Below are positions 38,575-49,270 of a stretch of 64,000 bases of DNA, in pieces. This stretch comes from a virus (Duplodnaviria > Caudoviricetes), in the IMG/VR virus record IMGVR_UViG_3300037504_000149, one strand, 5' to 3'. The position numbers were made by a program, and so were the translations under genes. How positions within the stretch are numbered: the stretch's first letter is position 1; each line of letters starts with the position of its first letter. The notes under the pieces are model-generated. The model ran no database searches, was not told the origin of the DNA, and saw only the letters and a program-made list of their open reading frames with translations.

Positions 38575-39282
38575 ATGAACAACATATCTATCGAGTTTGA
38601 CCATAACATGTATTTAGCAGTTCACGCAGAAGAGGATGCACGTACACCAGAAATAATGGTAACATTGTGTGATAAAGATTCTGCGTCAGAACCAGTAAAA
38701 ATGGACATGTATGGGCTACTTAAATTACGTACTTTTTTAAGTAAGTTACGTGGTATTAAAGCTATGCAGACATGCTCATACAGCATACCAGGTGGCATAA
38801 CGGCTACCTATAAGTACCTTGAAGATAAGGATATTCATATAGGTAGTACCTTGGCAAGAGAACCAGCTATACATATGACGAGTGAGACTGCAGAAAGTTT
38901 GCATAAAGCTATCAACATAGTTTGTGATTTAATAGACCGCAATCGTAGGGGTATAATAACTATACACACTCAGTATAAGCAACATAAGAGAGCGGGAAAT
39001 AATGAAATATATAGGAAGAAAAACAGAAAGGAGATGGCAAAACGTACACCAGATTTTGTAGTTCGCGCACAAAAAGCTGAAGACGAGGCTTATTCAGTTT
39101 ACAAAAAAGTACGGAGCTACGAAAAGGATGCAGAAGAGTATTTGGAAGCTGCGGTTGCGTATGCTGAAGCAGCTAGAATTTACGCTGAAGATAAGTATAA
39201 GGCTGAAGCAGGTAGAATTTACGCTGAAGCTAAGCGTAAGTGGGAAAAAGCGGCAGCTAAACATATGGAAGAGAAACTGTAG
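38575..39282 (+). CDS. In-frame fusion of paralogs of 35346-35795 and 35768-35980
   Basis: Two recognisable modules in one frame. Confidence 0.6.
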   Translation: MNNISIEFDHNMYLAVHAEEDARTPEIMVTLCDKDSASEPVKMDMYGLLKLRTFLSKLRGIKAMQTCSYSIPGGITATYKYLEDKDIHIGSTLAREPAIHMTSETAESLHKAINIVCDLIDRNRRGIITIHTQYKQHKRAGNNEIYRKKNRKEMAKRTPDFVVRAQKAEDEAYSVYKKVRSYEKDAEEYLEAAVAYAEAARIYAEDKYKAEAGRIYAEAKRKWEKAAAKHMEEKL

Positions 39283-40017
39283 AGGGACGTAGAAGAAACT
39301 GCGCCCTAAAGGGCCGGAGCTTTCCGGCTTCGGCCCTACCAACAAAAGGAGGAAAGATGAAAACTTTATACAAGTCTTTTCGATGTTGTGATAACGCTTA
39401 CTATTACCGATGCGCTATTGTTGTAGCAGAAGACGAAACAGAAGCAAGCAGTTTGCTATATGCTCGTGCAGAGGAAAATGAAGAAGTATACCCTAGGGGT
39501 TGGTGGCATGATGTATCTCACCGTCCATTAGGGAAGATTGAATTGAAGCGAGGCGAAGATCCCATCTTGTGGTATGATAGTGCAAACATAGTTTCTCTGC
39601 TTACTAAAGGAGAAGAGTTGTTTGAGGCTATGAAACAGTTATATTCTTCTAAGAGGAGAAAGTAGAGGATAAAAAAGGAAGCTTAACGGAAAAAGTCCCG
39701 CACCCTGTGTGGAAAAAAGGAAGGAGAGAACGATGCGAAAGCTAACTGAAGTACGAGATGGTAGCGGTCGAAATATAGAATTGCACGATGCTAAGTATAG
39801 CTCCAAATGGGAAATAAGCATCCTAGGGAATGGTGATCAAAGTGTTCCTGTTACCATAACAGCAGAGGAAGTAGAGGTAACCTCAGATGGTCGTGAAATG
39901 CCGACAGACTGGGTTTACTTTGTCGTGGACGATGCACGGAAAGTAGGTATTGATCGTTTTCTTTTAACATATCGCGAGTGTGATAGAGAATCGGCTAACT
40001 AAAACAGAGGAACAATA

Positions 40018-40608
40018 ATGTCTAATTTTCTAGTTTGGGATCGTTACTTTTTGCGTATCGCACGTGAAATCGGTAAAAAGGCTAACTGTTCATCAAGAAA
40101 AATTGGTGCGGTACTTACTAGAGATAATTGTATTATATCTACAGGTATGAATGGATCACCTATGGGTATACCACATTGTAAAGATCGTTTTTATTCCTTC
40201 GAAGAAGTTATGACATTTGCCGAAGTAGTAGCTTCATCTATTGATCTAGAATACATTAAGGATAAACAAAGTAAAGGACATTACAAAGATAGCGAAGAAA
40301 ATTTTAAACCTGGTTGTCCTCGGCGTATTCTAGGCTTCCCCAGTGGTACTGGTTTATCATTATGTAATGCTGGACACGCTGAGCGTAATGCACTTATTTT
40401 AGCTGCCCGTAACGGTATAAAGACTTGTGGTAGTACATTAGTATGTTACTGTGGTATTCCTTGCAAAGACTGTATTATCGAGATAATTAACGCTGGTGTA
40501 GAAAGTTTAGTTTGCTTAAAAACAGATATTACTTATGATAATTACAACATATGGTTACTTAATAACAGTAATATCAGTGTACGTACTTATAGTAAGGAAA
40601 TGTTATAG
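40018..40608 (+). CDS. dCMP deaminase
   Basis: WDRYF, C..RKIGAV, HAERNA, PCKDC. Confidence 0.9.
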   Translation: MSNFLVWDRYFLRIAREIGKKANCSSRKIGAVLTRDNCIISTGMNGSPMGIPHCKDRFYSFEEVMTFAEVVASSIDLEYIKDKQSKGHYKDSEENFKPGCPRRILGFPSGTGLSLCNAGHAERNALILAARNGIKTCGSTLVCYCGIPCKDCIIEIINAGVESLVCLKTDITYDNYNIWLLNNSNISVRTYSKEML

Positions 40609-40700
40609 TTTTTATGCGATAGAAGTTAACTAGTATAAAATTAAAGTAGAAAATAACTACATAAACACTAATCAAACCTAAGATATGTAGTAAAATTTCC

Positions 40701-40729
40701 TTGACATTTTCAATTACTTTTGCTATACT
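40701..40729 (+). promoter_or_regulatory. Sigma70 promoter
   Basis: TTGACA-17-TATACT with TG. Confidence 0.8.
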
Positions 40730-40759
40730 GTTTGTGTTGGCATTCGTGACGGAGGGGAC

Positions 40760-41350
40760 ATGGGATTATATTCTGCTAATTTGTCTACAAAAGTAGACTG
40801 GATCAAAGATCAGCATAATGCTGTAAACCATATGTACGGTGAGCATCCTTACACTTTTCATCTAAATGCGGCTGTTGAGGAAACTATTCATTGGTTTCAC
40901 TTTTCTGAACCTATTAAAGACCATTTTCATATGTTATTTAAACAGCATGCTTTGGAAGAATTAGTTCTAGCAACGTGGGGGCATGATTTACTTGAAGATA
41001 CCCATTGCTCCTATGATGATATCTATAAACATTTAGGTGTTCTTGTAGCAGAAATTATATTTGCAGTAACCAACAATAAAGGCCGTAATAGAAAAGAACG
41101 AGCTGATAAAAACTACTACAAAGGTATAATGACTACCCCTGGAGCAACATTAGTTAAATTGTGTGATAGAATCGCTAATGTCAAATATAGTAAAGAAACT
41201 GGTTCAAGTAAGTATTTTATGTACCGAACTGAGATGCCACATTTTATGGCTAGTTTGTTTCCGGTAACTACTGATAGGCGTTTTGCTTTATATTTTGATG
41301 TTATCACCCATCTTATGTCTCTTTTCGACGATTGGAGTTCTGATGCCTAA
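40760..41350 (+). CDS. HD-domain hydrolase (SpoT/Mesh1-like)
   Basis: PYTFHL, HDLLEDT, VKLCDRIAN. Confidence 0.85.
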   Translation: MGLYSANLSTKVDWIKDQHNAVNHMYGEHPYTFHLNAAVEETIHWFHFSEPIKDHFHMLFKQHALEELVLATWGHDLLEDTHCSYDDIYKHLGVLVAEIIFAVTNNKGRNRKERADKNYYKGIMTTPGATLVKLCDRIANVKYSKETGSSKYFMYRTEMPHFMASLFPVTTDRRFALYFDVITHLMSLFDDWSSDA

Positions 41351-42299
41351 GCATATTTTTAAGCCGATGAAAGCTCCCTCCAAGGATCTACTCCGGCTGT
41401 TTAGTGATGAAAGTGATAAGTTTAATCCTGATAACTTCCCCTTTCAGAATTATGGTGCAAGTGTTAAATACGATGGTATCCGTGCTGAAATTTCAAATGG
41501 AGACATTCTTTCTGCACGTGGTAAAGCTCTAGGTAATAAACATTTCCATGAAGTATTTACACCTATTTTTGAATGGTCTAAAGCAAACCCTACCATTCAT
41601 GTAGAAGGTGAGTTATACCATCCTGATTTAACGTTTCAAGAGATCACTAGTATTGTCCGTTCTCACGATGGAGAATTAGATAAACTTGAATTTCATGTGT
41701 TCGATTTCCAAGATATTAATATACCTGATAGGATTTTTAAAGAACGTTATTCTCTACTCCGTAGTCATGTAGAAGCTAATGAATGGGGTGAAGGTATAGT
41801 AGCTGTCGAGCAAGAAGTTTTACATAACTACGATGAGTTTTACCAATTATTCACTGATATTACTGAAGATGGTGGCGAGGGCTTGATGTTGAAAGCTTGG
41901 GATTCTCATTATAAATATGGTCGCGCCACTGTTAATCAGGGAACCTTTTTCAAAGTTAAAAAGTTCCTTACCGCAGACGTTACTATTACAGGATTTATTG
42001 AAGGAGAGAAACTAAAGGATGGTGCTGAGGTACGAAAAGGTTATTGGGATGGTCGTACTGAGCGTTCACGAAAGAAAGCTGACTATCAAAAATCAGGTAC
42101 ACTAGGTGCATTGATTGTGCAATTTGGTGAACATGAAGTTAGGGTAGGTTCTGGATTGAATGATTCACTCCGTGAGAAAATATGGCGGAATCAACCTGAG
42201 TTTATCGGTCGTACTATTGAGATGCGTTATATGGATTGTGGGCGTAAAAACCTCCCCCGTTTCCCTACTTTTATTCGATTTAGAGAAGATAAGGATTAA
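41343..42299 (+). CDS. lig: ATP-dependent DNA ligase
   Basis: KYDGIR, EGELY, FHVFD, EGLMLK, VGSG, RFPTFIRFR. Confidence 0.93.
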   Translation: MPKHIFKPMKAPSKDLLRLFSDESDKFNPDNFPFQNYGASVKYDGIRAEISNGDILSARGKALGNKHFHEVFTPIFEWSKANPTIHVEGELYHPDLTFQEITSIVRSHDGELDKLEFHVFDFQDINIPDRIFKERYSLLRSHVEANEWGEGIVAVEQEVLHNYDEFYQLFTDITEDGGEGLMLKAWDSHYKYGRATVNQGTFFKVKKFLTADVTITGFIEGEKLKDGAEVRKGYWDGRTERSRKKADYQKSGTLGALIVQFGEHEVRVGSGLNDSLREKIWRNQPEFIGRTIEMRYMDCGRKNLPRFPTFIRFREDKD

Positions 42300-42516
42300 T
42301 CTATAATGACATGAGGGGTTGTTATGTATACCAGCGAACAAGTTGTTGTTATACGGCATAAACGACCTATTAAGGTTGTATGTGATGTATGTGGTAAATC
42401 ATCTTATATAGGTTCTATTGAAGGGCTTACTTATACAACAATAAATTTTAATGTTGCAGATCTTGTCTAACTTTACGTCTATTCTACGTAACTTTCGTGT
42501 AACAGAAAGGTCTAAA

Positions 42517-43035
42517 ATGGATAGCTTCATTGAGAGTTTAATGGGTCATAAACGGAAGATTGTTTCTATAGTAGCTCCTATTGAGGATACTAAAGAAGTT
42601 TTAGGTACAAGAGGGTTTACACCTATAAAAGATTTGAAAGTGGGAGATATTGTACAGTATCGTCCCAAGATTAATCCTAACAAATCACCTATAATGAATC
42701 ACCCTATTTTGGTTGTCAGGGTTTTCCCAGCACCAAAATGTAACCCTAACGCTGATATAGGTAGTGTAGCGTTTTCAGAAAGGTATGACTTTGAGGGAGT
42801 TTGCTTAATACGTATGTACGAAACAGACGAGGAACCAGACGAAAACGAAATCTTCACTAACCCACATACTCAGTCTAAACGACCTGATGAGATGTCAGAA
42901 GAGGAGTTCTTGGAGTATTTGGATCAGCAGCATATAGACGAGCCGGAAGATATACAGAAAGCTCATACAAAGCTACTTGCAGAATGTATACAAGTGTGTG
43001 CATTCGACTCTCGCCGTTTTGAGCGTGTAAATTAA
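42517..43035 (+). CDS. Hypothetical protein
   Basis: LKVGDIVQ...FDSRRFERV phage-type motif; RBS. Confidence 0.55.
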   Translation: MDSFIESLMGHKRKIVSIVAPIEDTKEVLGTRGFTPIKDLKVGDIVQYRPKINPNKSPIMNHPILVVRVFPAPKCNPNADIGSVAFSERYDFEGVCLIRMYETDEEPDENEIFTNPHTQSKRPDEMSEEEFLEYLDQQHIDEPEDIQKAHTKLLAECIQVCAFDSRRFERVN

Positions 43036-43451
43036 ATTTTATAAAATGGGGATAATTTTGAAATATTCCCCGTTTTATGCTATACTGTTTGTGTGTCTGG
43101 GAGAAAATATGATTCTATTAGGAGATACGTTTAGTACAATTTATACCCTTGAATTCCACTTCTCTAGAAAATTAACTGAAGTGGAAAAGGATTATTTTAA
43201 CGACTTGTATATTACTACATTCACTAAACGTCAATGGACAGAAGCCTATCTTACCGAAGAAGATGGACCAGATGATGATACAAGTTTTATAATAACAGAA
43301 TACTCTAACTTGTCACATTGGCCTTGGTTAAATAAACTGATAACTAAACTTCGAGCAAAGTTTTTACTACATAAATTTGAGCGAAAGTATAATGTTATGG
43401 CAGAATTACGCCATATAGAATTAATACATATTTCATGGTCTGGGGCTTATA

Positions 43452-44012
43452 GTGAGTAGAGGTACATCGATAGCAGGACGTAAGAACACATCTGGGCCTG
43501 ACTTTTATTGCACTCCAGAATGGGCAACTCGGGCATTGATGGATAATTGCGCCGAAGTAGGTGGTTTCGAGGGAACTATTTATGAACCAGCTTCGGGCAA
43601 TGGGGCAATGGCTAAAGTTATAGAAGACTATTACCCAGATGTAATAGCGTCGGATATCCAAGAAGAATGCTATGGTGAAAGTAATGTAGACTTTTTAGAT
43701 ATTACAGATTTTAAAGTTGATAATATTATAACAAATCCTCCCTATAAATTAGCTCAAGAATTTGTAAATAAAGCTTTAGAACTAACTAATTCTAAAGTAG
43801 CAATGCTTCTTAAGTTAACCTTTTTAGAAAGCACTAAACGTCATAAATGGTGGAAGACTGTTCCACTACGTAAAGTTTGGGTGTTTTCGCGTAGAGTAAC
43901 AATGTACCCTTACGGTACTGAAAAACCTAAGAATAGTGGTACTATAACATATGCGTGGTTTTTATGGGAACACAATTATACAGACGAACCAGTAATAGGA
44001 TGGATAGAATGA
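43452..44012 (+). CDS. Phage DNA amino-methyltransferase
   Basis: DFYCTP, EPASGNG, IITNPPY. Confidence 0.85.
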   Translation: MSRGTSIAGRKNTSGPDFYCTPEWATRALMDNCAEVGGFEGTIYEPASGNGAMAKVIEDYYPDVIASDIQEECYGESNVDFLDITDFKVDNIITNPPYKLAQEFVNKALELTNSKVAMLLKLTFLESTKRHKWWKTVPLRKVWVFSRRVTMYPYGTEKPKNSGTITYAWFLWEHNYTDEPVIGWIE

Positions 44013-44985
44013 TAAAATATACAGTAATAGAAGTAAAGATGAGACAGGATAATACAATTGCTAATATAAGTAATTATACATTAGATGATAATAATAGTTT
44101 ATTGGATTTTATTAAAAAAATATTTATCAAATGGAGTGATAACGAGCAAGATATGTTAGCTGAGTATGAACCCCATAAACTTATCAAATATATTGAAGAT
44201 AACAATTCTATAGTTTTAACAGATCCTGATGGTGTAGTTTATCTAATTCAAAGATATATACCAGAACCTTCAAACTACGATATTGCATACTTTAAAAGTT
44301 TGGATAGAAAGTAACTACAGATAGTATAGTTGGAAAGGATCTTATGTATTTACTGGAGTGGGCAGGTATTGGTGTAGCTGCTTTTATAATCGCTAAGATT
44401 ATTATATCTTTCTTCAAAGGTCGTAACACACAACATGCCGTAAATTGTGTGTATTTTAACACTAATTCTCCGATAGTGTCTGGTGCAAGAACTAATTGTC
44501 AAGTTTGTGGAAAGGTAGATCATTTTGGCTATGTTATTTTGCAAGAGATAGCAGATGAAGTTTATGAAAAATGCGGATTATCTAGGGATGGAACTATATG
44601 CTTAAATTGTTTACTTCAGGCATGTGAACGGCTAGGTATAGAGCAAAAAGTAGCGGGAGGTTTGAAAATTGGATTCGTGATGTTTTATAAAAGTATAGAA
44701 GATAATACTGAACCTATATTACCAGTACAACCACCTAGTAAGTCAAGTAAATGAAAGGTGTTATATGTTAATTTTACAATGGATTGCAGCAGCACTAGTT
44801 AGTGTAGGTGTACTTTTATTGGCATTAAACAGGTTACATAAATTAGGATGGATTTTAGTTTTGATTGGAAATGCGGGTTTATTAGTTTGGGGCAGTCTTT
44901 CCCATAACGGTGGAGTTGTTATAATGGGGTCTGTCCTTACAGCTTGTGCAATACTTGGGTTAATCAAACATAAAGGAATGAAGTC

Positions 44986-45615
44986 ATGACTATTGGTAAG
45001 TTTGATAGAATACTTTGGTACGACTTAGAAACAACCGGACTTGATGTAAACACACACCATATAATGCAATTATCTTATGTCATTGATATTTGTGGTGATG
45101 TAGTGTTAGAAAGAGACATAAAGTTTAAACCTTACAATACTGATACTATATCCCCACAAGCATTAAAAGTGACTGGTATAAATAAAAATGAACTACTCTC
45201 CAGAGAAATGACAGCTAAAGATGCTTTTGGACTTTTATTAAGTGATTTGAATAAACATAAAGGAGGCCAAGGTAAAGGTTCCCCACGATTTATAACAGGT
45301 GGGTATAATATTGCTGTGTTTGATAAGAAATTCTTAACTGAATTCTTTGAACTCAACTTATTAAAAAAATCTTCATGGCCACCTAAATATTATTACTATT
45401 TTTACCAACAACCGGTACTAGATGTAATGTACTTTTATATGTCATTAGCGTTAGGAGATCCTCTTTTAAAAGAGTGGCATGAAACAGAGAAGTTTAATTT
45501 AGAGAATATACACGCAATGCTGTTAGAAAAAGATATGAAAGCTCACGATGCTTTAGCAGATATACACGCAACTAGAGATATATATTACGCACTTATAGAC
45601 GTATTGAACATATAA
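44986..45615 (+). CDS. DEDDh 3'-5' exonuclease (DnaQ-like)
   Basis: YDLETTG, GYNIAVFD, AHDALAD. Confidence 0.88.
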   Translation: MTIGKFDRILWYDLETTGLDVNTHHIMQLSYVIDICGDVVLERDIKFKPYNTDTISPQALKVTGINKNELLSREMTAKDAFGLLLSDLNKHKGGQGKGSPRFITGGYNIAVFDKKFLTEFFELNLLKKSSWPPKYYYYFYQQPVLDVMYFYMSLALGDPLLKEWHETEKFNLENIHAMLLEKDMKAHDALADIHATRDIYYALIDVLNI

Positions 45616-46496
45616 GGAGATATTTATGGAACGCAAATCACTGGATAACGAACTACGTAGATTGGAAGATACGCTTAATGTCAGAATAAGTGCTTACTTC
45701 CACCCTAAAGAACATACGGTTAGATTGGTTATCAAAGATAAATATGATCAAGAAAATGATTTAACGGTAAACTTTTCTTATTACAAATTATTTAAAATAA
45801 ATTATAACACTGAAGTTAATTATGATTTATTGGAATATGTTCTCAATCAAGTAGTTATGAAGTATTGGAACACACCTACTGATAATAAATTAAGAACTAT
45901 TGAGGAAATGATTAATCTTGGTGAGGCAAACGTGAAAAGTAAGGAAGAGTATCGAAGAAGAAGTGAACGCTCAGGTGTTGCTTGCCCTCTATGTGGTAAG
46001 GAAATGAGAATTAAAGAGAAAATGCTATATACCTCAGATTCTACGTTACCAAGCACGACATTTGCGTGTGACTCTTGTGACAACGAGGTAACTATACAAG
46101 GAGTTTAGATATGGTTACTGACCAGGACATTATAGAATTACTAGCTAATGAAATACAAGACCTAGAAGCAATATTGTATAATTTGTGGGACAATTTACAT
46201 ATACTCCACATTACTACTAATAATTTAGTAGAACATCTAAAAGATGAACCGTTATGTGATAAGAATTATAAGAAATTGTACTTGCATGGTCTTGAAAAAA
46301 TAAAAACAGGTATATCTAATGACCATTCTTACGAATCTAATTGTGAATATACGTTATACGATTTACTTTTAGATACATACAACGATTATTTAGTTAAAAT
46401 TGAGGAATATAAAAAATTAACAAAATTTGATCCTGTTAAAGAGTTTGATTTAGAGTTTGAACTACCTGAATGGATTTTACCAGAGGAAGAGTAATT

Positions 46497-47108
46497 ATGG
46501 AGGACGACCCGAATAAGCAACCTAAAAAACACAATTATATAAAGCGTATAGCCGTCTTCGATATTGACGATGTACTGCCGTACATTTGTTATAGCTCTAA
46601 AGATCCCGCTTCTAAAAGGAAGTTTGCAGGACATGAGGTTAATTTATCTAATCCTAAATTTATCTTATTTAGACAATATCTAGATAACTACGGTAAAATA
46701 TTTTGTGAAAATTGCGGTATTGTAGGAGAATACTTCGCTTTAGAATCAGCTAAGAATGGTGAAGCTGAAGTACATTTAAATCTTTATGGTTATGATAACG
46801 AAGGTGATGAAGTTTTACTAACGCGTGATCATATATTACCGAAGTCTAAGGGTGGTAAAGATGCGTGTTATAATATGCAGGTATTATGCTTACCTTGTAA
46901 TAAAGCTAAAGGTGCAAAATTAAAGCATGAATTGTTTATTTCTCAGATGCCTACAGTATCTAGAGGTAAAATCTTGGGAGCTTTATTTAAGGGTACTAGA
47001 AATGCAGGATTGTTTCATCATGAACAAACACCAGTATATATCAATAATAACACTATTAAACCATTGTTAAAGTATTTAGAAACTCTTGGTTTAACTATAG
47101 AAAATTAA
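46497..47108 (+). CDS. HNH endonuclease
   Basis: CENCG, DHILPKSKGG, NMQVLCLPCNKAKG. Confidence 0.85.
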   Translation: MEDDPNKQPKKHNYIKRIAVFDIDDVLPYICYSSKDPASKRKFAGHEVNLSNPKFILFRQYLDNYGKIFCENCGIVGEYFALESAKNGEAEVHLNLYGYDNEGDEVLLTRDHILPKSKGGKDACYNMQVLCLPCNKAKGAKLKHELFISQMPTVSRGKILGALFKGTRNAGLFHHEQTPVYINNNTIKPLLKYLETLGLTIEN

Positions 47109-47129
47109 CAGACATTTGATATTAGTTTA

Positions 47130-47221
47130 GGAAGGGTTGACCCCAGTAGGTGCGGGAAGCAGTCTTGAAAACTGTTGATCGTTAACGCGATTTGTGGGTT
47201 CGAGTCCCACCCCTTCCGCCA
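47130..47221 (+). tRNA. tRNA-Ser(TGA)
   Basis: Cloverleaf, long variable arm, GTTCGA, CCA. Confidence 0.9.
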
Positions 47222-47257
47222 ATTTATCTAAGGCGTAACTGTGCTTGGAGATTACTG

Positions 47258-47797
47258 ATGTATATATCATGGAAAAAGCTACTAAAAACTGCTCTTCGAG
47301 CTTGCTCTAGAGTAGTATCATCCCCCCCTAGTTTATTAATAACTTTCCTTAAATCATCATTACAGATACTTTTATATAAGAATAAAATCTTTTCCTTCCA
47401 TAATGCTGTTAGAGCAGCGACATTATTAAAGTTGCCTAACTGGAAGAAGGCTTTAGGAAGGGTGATAGCCCACGTTCACCTTAAAGCTAAAAAATATTAT
47501 GAGGATAAAGTTATCTATCTTCGCAATCATAAAGCTCTTAAAGAGGGCAGGTTAGAAGATGTAGATATAGATGCTGTTAGGGCTGCTAAGTCTGCTTCTT
47601 GGGTCGCTTATCTTCTTGGTTTCGATGATGTCGATACGACTTCTGCTGGTTGGAATGCTGCTGAGGCTGTTATGGCTGTTGGTGATGCTGAGTATATTGC
47701 TGTTGATGCTGATTATGCTACTTATACTGCTGCTAGAGCTGTTGATAATGTAGATACTCTCATTGACACCTACTTTGATGTTTTGGAGGAAGTATGA
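47258..47797 (+). CDS. Ala/Trp-variable paralog family member 8 (internal inversion)
   Basis: Family framework except ~47292-47373, which is inverted. Confidence 0.7.
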   Translation: MYISWKKLLKTALRACSRVVSSPPSLLITFLKSSLQILLYKNKIFSFHNAVRAATLLKLPNWKKALGRVIAHVHLKAKKYYEDKVIYLRNHKALKEGRLEDVDIDAVRAAKSASWVAYLLGFDDVDTTSAGWNAAEAVMAVGDAEYIAVDADYATYTAARAVDNVDTLIDTYFDVLEEV

Positions 47798-48306
47798 GTA
47801 AGATGATACTTTGGAAAACAATGGAAGACACAGAAGGTATCTGTAATGAAACTTTAGAGGAAGTTATTGAACAACTAGGGGGAGATGGTATTACCTTATC
47901 TCAAGCACGTAAAGCTTGTAAGAATAAAATCTTTTCCTTCCCTAATGCTGTTAGAGCAGCTAAAGCATTAAGGCTGCCTAACTGGAAATTAGCTTTAGGT
48001 AAGGTAGTAGCTCATGTCCACCCTAAAGCTAAAAAATACTATAAAGATGAAGCTGTCTATTTCTATAACCAGAAGATTCTTGAGGAGGGTAGATTAGAAG
48101 ATATAGATAGTGCTGCTGCTGAGGCTGCTGTTGATGCTGCTGCTACTTGGGCTGCTTGGGATGCTGGGGCTGCTACTAGGGCTGCTAGGACTGCTGCTGA
48201 TGCTGCTATGTGGGCTGCTACTTGGGCTGCTGCTGATGCTGCTGAGGCTGTCGATAATGTAGACACTCTCATTGACATCTACTTTGATGTATTGGAGGAA
48301 GTATGA
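47794..48306 (+). CDS. Ala/Trp-variable paralog family member 9
   Basis: Family framework. Confidence 0.8.
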   Translation: MSKMILWKTMEDTEGICNETLEEVIEQLGGDGITLSQARKACKNKIFSFPNAVRAAKALRLPNWKLALGKVVAHVHPKAKKYYKDEAVYFYNQKILEEGRLEDIDSAAAEAAVDAAATWAAWDAGAATRAARTAADAAMWAATWAAADAAEAVDNVDTLIDIYFDVLEEV

Positions 48307-48767
48307 GTAAGATAATACTTTGGGAAACAATGAAAGATACAGTTGGTATCTGTAATGAAACTTTAGAGGAAGTTATCTCTAAACTAGGAGGAGATGGCAT
48401 TACTCTACCTCAAGCTCGTAGAGCTTGTAAGGATGGAATCTTTTCTTTTCCTGATGCTGTTAAATCAGCTACGGCATTACAGCTTTCTAACTGGAAACTA
48501 GCTTTAGGGAAGGTAGTAGCTCACGTCCATCCTAAAGCTAAAAAATATTATGAGGACAAAGTTATCTATATTCAGAATCAGAAGGCTTTGGAGGAGGGTA
48601 GGTTAGAAGCTATAGATCAGGATGCTGCTAGGGCTGCTGCTAGGATGGCTGCTTGGGCTGCTGCTGATGCTGAGACTGCTTGGGATGCTGCTGATTGGGC
48701 TGCTGAGACTACTGGTGATGTAGATGATCTTATTGACATCTACTTTGATGTATTGGAGGAAGCATGA
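48303..48767 (+). CDS. Ala/Trp-variable paralog family member 10
   Basis: Family framework. Confidence 0.8.
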   Translation: MSKIILWETMKDTVGICNETLEEVISKLGGDGITLPQARRACKDGIFSFPDAVKSATALQLSNWKLALGKVVAHVHPKAKKYYEDKVIYIQNQKALEEGRLEAIDQDAARAAARMAAWAAADAETAWDAADWAAETTGDVDDLIDIYFDVLEEA

Positions 48768-49270
48768 GTAAGATGATACTTTGGGAAACAATGAAAGATG
48801 CAGATGGTATTTGCAATACCGATTTAGAGGAAGTTATCTCTAAACTAGGAGGAGATGGCATTACTCTACCTCAAGCTCGTAGAGCTTGTAAGGATGGAAT
48901 CTTTTCCTTTTCTGATGCTGTTAGAGCAGCTACAGCATTAAGGCTGCCTAATTGTAAGTTGGCTGTAGGTAAGGTAGTAGCTCATGTCCATCCTAAAGCT
49001 AAAGATTACTATAAAGATAAAGATACCTATTATCGTAATCAGAAAGCCCTTGAAGAGGATAGGTTAGAAGATATAGATATCGATGCTGCTGCTTGGGCTG
49101 CTGAGGCTGTTGCTTGGGATGCTAGGGCTGCTAGGGCTGCTAGGGCTGTTTGGGCTGTTGAGGCTGCTGGGGTTGCTGCTGCTGCTAGGGCTGCTGTGGA
49201 TGCTGCTGGGGCTGTCGATAATGTAGATACTCTCATTGACACCTACTTTGATGTTTTGGAGGAAGTATGA
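48764..49270 (+). CDS. Ala/Trp-variable paralog family member 11
   Basis: Family framework. Confidence 0.8.
   Translation: MSKMILWETMKDADGICNTDLEEVISKLGGDGITLPQARRACKDGIFSFSDAVRAATALRLPNCKLAVGKVVAHVHPKAKDYYKDKDTYYRNQKALEEDRLEDIDIDAAAWAAEAVAWDARAARAARAVWAVEAAGVAAAARAAVDAAGAVDNVDTLIDTYFDVLEEV

Larger units (their letters stand above)
32711..39336 (+). repeat. Six dispersed copies of the hairpin GGGCCGGAGC(T/A/C)TTCCGG(C/T)TTCGGCCC followed by a CAA-rich spacer and usually an RBS
   Basis: Cores at 32711, 34120, 35991, 36590, 38528, 39311, all on the + strand and intergenic. Confidence 0.92.

Noticed and set aside
32711-39336. Integron attC sites or a second CRISPR array
   Set aside because: No RYYYAAC/GTTRRRY boxes and no integrase; spacing is irregular and gene-sized.
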